The notes beneath the pieces were generated by a model, which made no database searches, was not told the DNA's origin, and saw nothing but the letters and a program-made list of their open reading frames with translations. From Takakia lepidozioides (lineage: Eukaryota > Plantae > Bryophyta), in contig CM060734.1 in assembly GCA_030704615.1 (NCBI GenBank), forward strand, positions 16,306,001-16,370,000: a DNA stretch of 64,000 nucleotides, read 5' to 3'. Shown here one piece after another: positions 57,791 through 64,000 of the stretch; within the stretch, counting starts at the first letter, position 1, and the number at the start of each line of letters is the position of its first letter. Position numbers and translations under genes: made by a program.

Positions 57791-60700
57791 ATGGGGCAGG
57801 GGGATGACATGAAGAACATTTTGAGTTTTAAGGGAAGTTATGGCTACGATTTCATACATGGAAGTAGATTTCATGGTCAAGGCTCGACGGAGGATAAGTG
57901 CTTTGTGTTCAAAATGTCCCCAATCGGCAACGGGTCAGGTGTACATTTGGTGGACATGATGAACAATGGGGGGGAGTTGGAGAACAGCTGGGTAATGTTC
58001 GACAATGTGAAAAGAATCCACGGGTGGAGCACAATGGGGTGCCATGTCTACCATCCCTCCTACCAAAAGCTAATGACCATCGCAATATGCGAAATGAAAT
58101 CTGAGGACACTCAGTCGCAGGTCCTCATGTGCAGATGAAGAGGGCAGGGAAGAGGACATGGAAGAGGCCTCCGCATTTCAGGGGCTTCGTGGCTGACAAT
58201 GTGAACGCAAATTGGGCGGCAGTGCGCAAGGTCTTTGGAGACGGGTCTCCAATGGAAGGAAGAAAGCGGTTTTGTGGTTTTCATTGGGGCCAAAGCCTCT
58301 CCTGGTACACCAAAACATTCAGGAGGGATTGCAATCCGCTCACCTGTCATTGGCTGCCCAGTGGAGGACGGCCAAAACCGAGCAGGAAGCGGAGATGGCC
58401 TTCATGATAATTAGATCATGGTGGTCATCCTCTGGTGCTGCAAAACTACTTGATATTCCTGCGTTGGAGAGCTAGCTGTCGTGGCGGACATATCGCTACA
58501 AACAGTTGGGGTCGTTTGTAAGGGCGGTAAGTGTACCTGCAACCATTCATGAACGAATTGTCGAACTTTAGCTCACATGAGCAGATAGATTTTATCCTGT
58601 GAGATGGTTGACGAGCCCTGGGCACGCGCGGCCAGGCCAACGACATACTAGCCTAGTGGGGTCGTGGTAAGTTGCGGTGTAGGTTGGGCTCAATGAACCG
58701 CCTACCCGGCTGCGATTAGTGCAAGGTTTGCAGCAGGTAAGAGGGCCTAAACTATCAATTCTAATATCATACCGGCAAAGAGAAGCTCAGATGCCCCCCT
58801 CTATAGGGCAATTTGTGTGTTCTAGTCTTACGGTTTGTTTACAGTTTTTAGATTTTAAAACGTAACTGCCTTCCAAGTCTTGTTTATTGCTACTTCCTAC
58901 TGCCTAAATCCCCGAGACGCTAATAGCCGGGGTATTCCTTTACCCCTTCAAAAAGCATTTCCCGGATTTAGGGAGGAGGGGAACCGTGTCCCTCTCCCAC
59001 TGCCCCTCCTTCACTGGAGTGCTTGAGTTCAGTTTTTATCCCCTTTCAAACTCACTTTAGCCTTAGGGAGAAGGGCCCATTTTCATGCCCATGCACCAAT
59101 TTAATAAGTTCAAGAAGTTCATTCCTTAATCACCTAAGTACTTCAAGTTCTAACAATTCCAAAAGTTCAAACATGCGTCCTAATTTGCTTAGGGAATTTC
59201 CGCCACCCAGAATATGCAGGAAATAATAGAAAATATCAACTTCAGGAAAAATACCTCCCAATAAAGGATTATGAGGGAAATCCAAAGATGCCAATAGCAC
59301 CCCCATTAGAACAAAGGAACCCCCTGGGAACTCAATGGAGCGCCGGGAACTACCCGGGATCCGCTCCCCGCGGTGGGGAACTGCCGCACCCCCCGTGGAT
59401 GAATGATATTCGTCTCGTCCGGATCTTCTGTCCGTTCATCCGCACGCAAAACACACATGTCGCCAGCCTAGGATCTCCCCAAGGGTGGGGCGAGCCTATT
59501 CCGCCCCCCCACTAATATTAAATAAGCAACCCCCGCGCCTTTCCCTCTGGGAAAATGGTCGTCGTCTACGCCGGGGCTCTGACACGTGTGGCACTGTAGC
59601 CGAAGAACGCAGCAGAGTACTTATGTGCACCCCTTGTCTCTAGCTTGCTCTCTCTAGTACTCTCTGCTTGGAAGTTCGCCCTGTCCCTCTCATGGCTTGC
59701 CGTTTAGGCCTCGCTGAGGGTTCTCTCCTTCACAAAAACCACAATTTTTCTATCTCTCTAGATCTCTCGAATCAACCCTCTAAAGCTTAAAGGGGTCAGC
59801 ATAAATCGCAATAGCACAAGGTTGAGAACAACCCCATTTAATCTAAGTACCCCTCTGTGCCCGCGGGATACAAGTGTCCCCGCCACGTGGCGGGGCGTGG
59901 AGCCTCGCGGTCCAGACAAAGGTGCGGACCGTGGCGACCACCGGTCCGTGGCCTCGGGCCTTTATCCAGCGGTTAAACTCGCAACTTTTGGGCACGAGGC
60001 TTTTCCCTTGCCCGTCCTTTTCTGCACGTACACCTAGGGTCAGCGCACCCCGCCTCTTAGCGCCTAGGCGTGGGTCAGCGGCTGCTCCCCGCGTTCAGTT
60101 CGTTGAATTAGTAACCTCCTGGCGCACCAGCCGGGCCTACCCGTAACCCTGGCAGCCCGTGGGCAGTCTCCCACCAGCCTAAAAACACCATAAACAAAAA
60201 GAACACTCCTTCCCTCCTTTTTATGTTCAAAGTCCCTTAATGGACTTACTAAGGGGGTTAGTATGGCCCTCTCTGGCTTTCCACTAGTTAGTCTAGCTCG
60301 GGTAAAGACCCCTTTAGAGCTTAGATATATGTCCTCACTTGGAAATCATAAAAAATCAACCAAAGCCTTAATGCTTCATTTCACCTGCCATGGTGCCAAG
60401 CCTATGTGGCTATTCATATCATGGGTCTTCCCCAACTTAAATGCGAACAACAAAACACATCATAGTGAATTCGGATTGCAAATCACCTCATCAAGAGGGC
60501 TATTTTTCTGTCAATCACTTCAACTTCAAATCTTAGCTTGGAAAATAACTCAATGCACATGCATGAACAACAAGTGAGTGGAGTGTCAACCTGCTATGTG
60601 GGAGGTGCTTGTGATGCTCTAATGACTCGTGCAATGGTACTCTATGCGGCCCTTCCTTGGTGCTCGTCACTAGGTCCACGCCGGCCTTCCTACTCGTCTC

Positions 60701-61349
60701 CAAGTCTCCTTTTCCCCGCACGAGATTGCACAACCTCCTTGATCAAATTCAAAAGGGCCTCAAGGCCAATCAATGGACTAGGCTCCTTGCCTTAATCCTC
60801 TAAAGAAATTCTACACTAGGGAGCTTCAAGCTCCACTCCCTAGGACCTAGGCTTCCTCAAGCCACAAACTAGCAAGCATCTAAACAACAAAGCAAGAGGA
60901 AACTATGCAAATGAACTAGGTCAAGAGCAAGGAGAGCCTTGCTCTTCTTTTATACTATTTTTGGGCCTAATAAACTAATGAGAAATATTCATTAAACTAT
61001 TGTATCCTTGAAGGATCTATAGTTTAATATTCAACATGGATGAAAAGCCTTAGAGGCCTATGAAAGCTGGCTTTTCATCCATCTTTATGGATGACCAGTT
61101 GGCGCGAGGTTTCATTTCATCCATCCAACTCCTCAAGGCGAATTTAGGATTTTTCATCCATCCATGAAGTAAAAACTCAAATAATCGACTCCCGTGAGTG
61201 TCGTCGACTCGATAATTTGGTGCTGTTGCTAATCTGCTCCATAAATCACCAAATTTGGTGACAAACTACAATTATATACCTCGTATCAGCCTGTAAATTC
61301 TTAGGTCCATCGGTGGTAAAATGTGGCTTCTTTCGCCATTCGTCGTAGT

Positions 61350-61530
61350 TTTCCAGGTGGTGCATCGAGCCGGAATTGTCAACCGGGATGTGGATGGATT
61401 GAGTCGCAATCCATGCACAAGTGAGCTTTCTGCTGGTCATCAACCCAGCCTCACCATAAGAGAACAATGATGGTCTGACCGGTCATCACCCCAACCTCAC
61501 CACCGACAACACGCTCTAGGATTGACCGGT
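61350..61530. mobile_element. Small relics of the DNMT-gypsy family
   Basis: 61350-61420 encodes FQVVHRAGIVNRDVDGLSRNPC. 61430-61530 is homologous to the reverse complement of 48436-48540. Confidence 0.75.
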
Positions 61531-64000
61531 GAGCGGTGCGGGACAACTGGAGGGGACTCCGGACAACCTATGACTCAATGGCAGGGTCAAAGACCCCAGA
61601 GCCACCACTAGGGATTTGATTTCCAAAATACAACAAAATCTTCCAATTTCCAAAATCTTTTGACTTCCAACACCACGCTTTGCCGTTTGAAGTCGTCCTG
61701 ACCTGCTGTCATTCCGATGCAGCCTTTCGCTTTGTTGCGATATTTCATCGTTGTACATGTTGTTTCTTCCAATTGCCAAGATCCTCGCCGTGTGTTCCTA
61801 CTGGACTTGAAAGGCGGGAGAACAGAGAGATCGCAATCTGGGACTTGAACAGTCGTCCTGTAATGTTCGAACATGATTACCTTGCCGTTATTGGTACCGA
61901 ATTGGCAGCCTAATCTGCTGTCGATGCAGCTTCCTACGGTCATCTTGACGCCAGAGCTCCATTCTTTGGTTGTCGCAGACACTGTCTAATTTCCTACGTG
62001 CTTTACCAATGATTTCCAGATAACTAACAAACTATCATCTTTTGGCAGTACAATGTCAAAATCGCTTGTCTTATGATCAAAAACTATCTGAAAAGAAAGT
62101 TGTACCAATATATGCATCTACATTTATGGCGACCAATGGGGAATACTCGTCCCAAATGTAAGAGAATCCAGGATCTCTAGTTCGTAAAACCCCCCTACTA
62201 GGGTATCCCTGATATCCCTTGGAGTCAACGACTCACTTGAGTGACATGAAAAAGATGAAGAATAATTTCCCTTAGGCTCTTCCTCTTTGGAGAGAGTTCA
62301 AGTCTTCCGGGAGAGAGGAGGGAAAATAAAAGCAAAAGCCAATAAACGTTTGAAAACACCCAACTCGCCCTCTTCGGAGAGAGTTGGAGTTCCCAGATAA
62401 AAAATACTTCAAAACCGCCATTCTCCCCCACCGGACTGGGTTTGAATCCCCTAGATGATGTAAGAGAGATATGCGCGGTGCAAATTGATGATTCTACTCT
62501 AAAATAGCCTTGGAAGGACTTTGGTTCTACACTGCTTTGACATGGCTTGCAGGGACCTCTCCTGGATTTGCAAAGCTCATTGTAAATCGCTCAATGTGAA
62601 CTACGACCTCAACTCGAATCCGGAAGGGTCAAATGCTCCTAAATAGGATGCTTCTAGGAGTCCTAATCAGTGGCTCCGGTGTCAACAGAAAAGATTGGAT
62701 ACCCAAGGACCCCTACACATGAAATAGACGCACAATTTCTAACCTAAGGTCCTAACTACCCTCAGGGCTCGAATGGACCTCTCATGGATTTCGTAAAGCT
62801 CATGGTGAAATGCTTGACTTTGAAATGATTGCATATCGTTTGAACCTCAGAGGACCCTACTCTGGAATAGCGCATCATTTATATCTATCTACTGAAAGGA
62901 GGTCACAGGCTCTTCTGGGTTTTCCTGAATCTGACGCCCTTCACTCATGTGAGGGGAGCAGCAATCACTGCTCTACAACTCACCTTTTACCCCCCTCACT
63001 GCTTCTGACTTTTCTCTCTCTACAAGGAATGCTACAGCGGGGTAAGGTGGAAATGACAAAAGGTTTAAGGTTAGAATCCCCATGCGGGAAGTCGCAGTGC
63101 TCCATGTCGGGAGCATCAGTATACTGCAGAATGCTTGATACAGCAAACATTTATTTTTTCTCGAGATATGCTTGAGCAGACATAGATATATTTTGTGCTA
63201 AAAGACAAATGATGATCGACGGTATGCATTGAACAAGAGTGCATATATTAGCCATTCCATTGTTCTTATTCTTAAACCTGTGGTTTTTCACTTGGTGAAG
63301 AAAAAAAAAAAAACTCATAACACGTGATTAGTAACGAAGATATATGAAGTCTTCTACTTGGCAATTGGATGGTCATAGCTTTCATAGCTTATGCCATATC
63401 AAACAAATTCTAATTCTACAACGTGGGTTAGATTACTGCACTCTATGTGCCCCGTATCCCAAGGTCTATCCTTGTGGATTCCAATAACTACCCAAAAATT
63501 CACACTGGAGAACAAATCACCTCTTTAATGCAACTGCGTTGCCCCGCATCCCAAGATCTATCCTTGGAACTCCAAGAAAGGGTGTTCAATAACCTAGTTG
63601 GGTAAGAGCCCTACTGACTTCTTCCCAGTGGAGAAGTTTCATTGGATTATTGCAACTTAGTTGCCCCGCACTCCACTTCATTATGGAGCTCCAATAACCA
63701 ACGAGTCCGTGGATAGGAAATACCAACATTTCCTTCCGACAAACCGGGACGAAATCCTAAAGATCTCTCCCTTAATGGGGGGATAAGTTCATTGGTTAAT
63801 GGAACTCACATGTAGTAGTGCCTGCACCGGACACCGTTTACCAGATTGGAGAACTCCACTCCCCGAAGTGTCTCCAATTGTAATGAGCCATTGTCAAAGA
63901 CTGTCTTGACTAAGTATAGTCAGGGTATGGTCCCATCCAATATGAGTCGAACTTGGCCTTGAACTCCTCGTTCTGACTGTCGAATAATAGTACCAGGTCT

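Larger units (their letters stand above)
56700..58530. pseudogene. Scrambled fragments of a third, more diverged MULE transposase (C)
   Basis: Minus 56700-56997: CAICKHPPTC..TMTRAAVHVGKHNH. Plus 57790-58530: WVMFDNVKR, FVADN, CGFHWGQSL, IRSWWSSSGA, then a GTAAGT donor at the same position as in A. Confidence 0.82.

Noticed and set aside
58487-58510. TGTCGTGG..CATATCGCTACA resembling the 33145/33622 repeat start, suggesting an LTR boundary
   Set aside because: It reads in frame as transposase C coding sequence (LSWRTYRYKQ, cf. LAFWHFRYRQ in A), so the match is probably coincidental.
58600-64000. LTR-like or other repeat sequence, short ORFs, and imperfect TGCCCCG(C/T)ATCCCAAG repeats near 63447, 63540 and 63661
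   Set aside because: No termini, TSD, PBS or protein motif could be established, so it is left unassigned.

Overview
Eukaryotic, repeat-dense land-plant DNA; the cathepsin B sequence looks bryophyte/moss-like (inference). The only clear host gene is a minus-strand cathepsin B (ATG 20379, nine coding exons in the window, continuing off the left edge). It has a 5-nt microexon and a 16,062-bp intron packed with about 12 copies or 3' ends of one LINE family. From 22.3 kb onward the window is a nest of transposons. (i) A ~10.4-kb Mutator-like element (GCM-type finger + DDE + SWIM transposase) carries a divergently oriented, intron-containing ParB-like/beta-class amino-methyltransferase gene with an array of 24-bp palindromes inside it. 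(ii) A Ty3/gypsy element encodes a C5-cytosine methyltransferase between protease and RT, and a PHD finger after integrase. (iii) A chromodomain-bearing Ty3/gypsy is inserted in a second Mutator-like transposase. Target-site duplications allow the nesting order and a ~16.2-kb inversion (36.4-52.6 kb) to be reconstructed. A covarying three-way-junction RNA motif marks three retroposed 3' ends. Most TE ORFs are disrupted, and 58.6-64 kb is largely unassigned. All calls come from reading motifs by eye; no database search was run.
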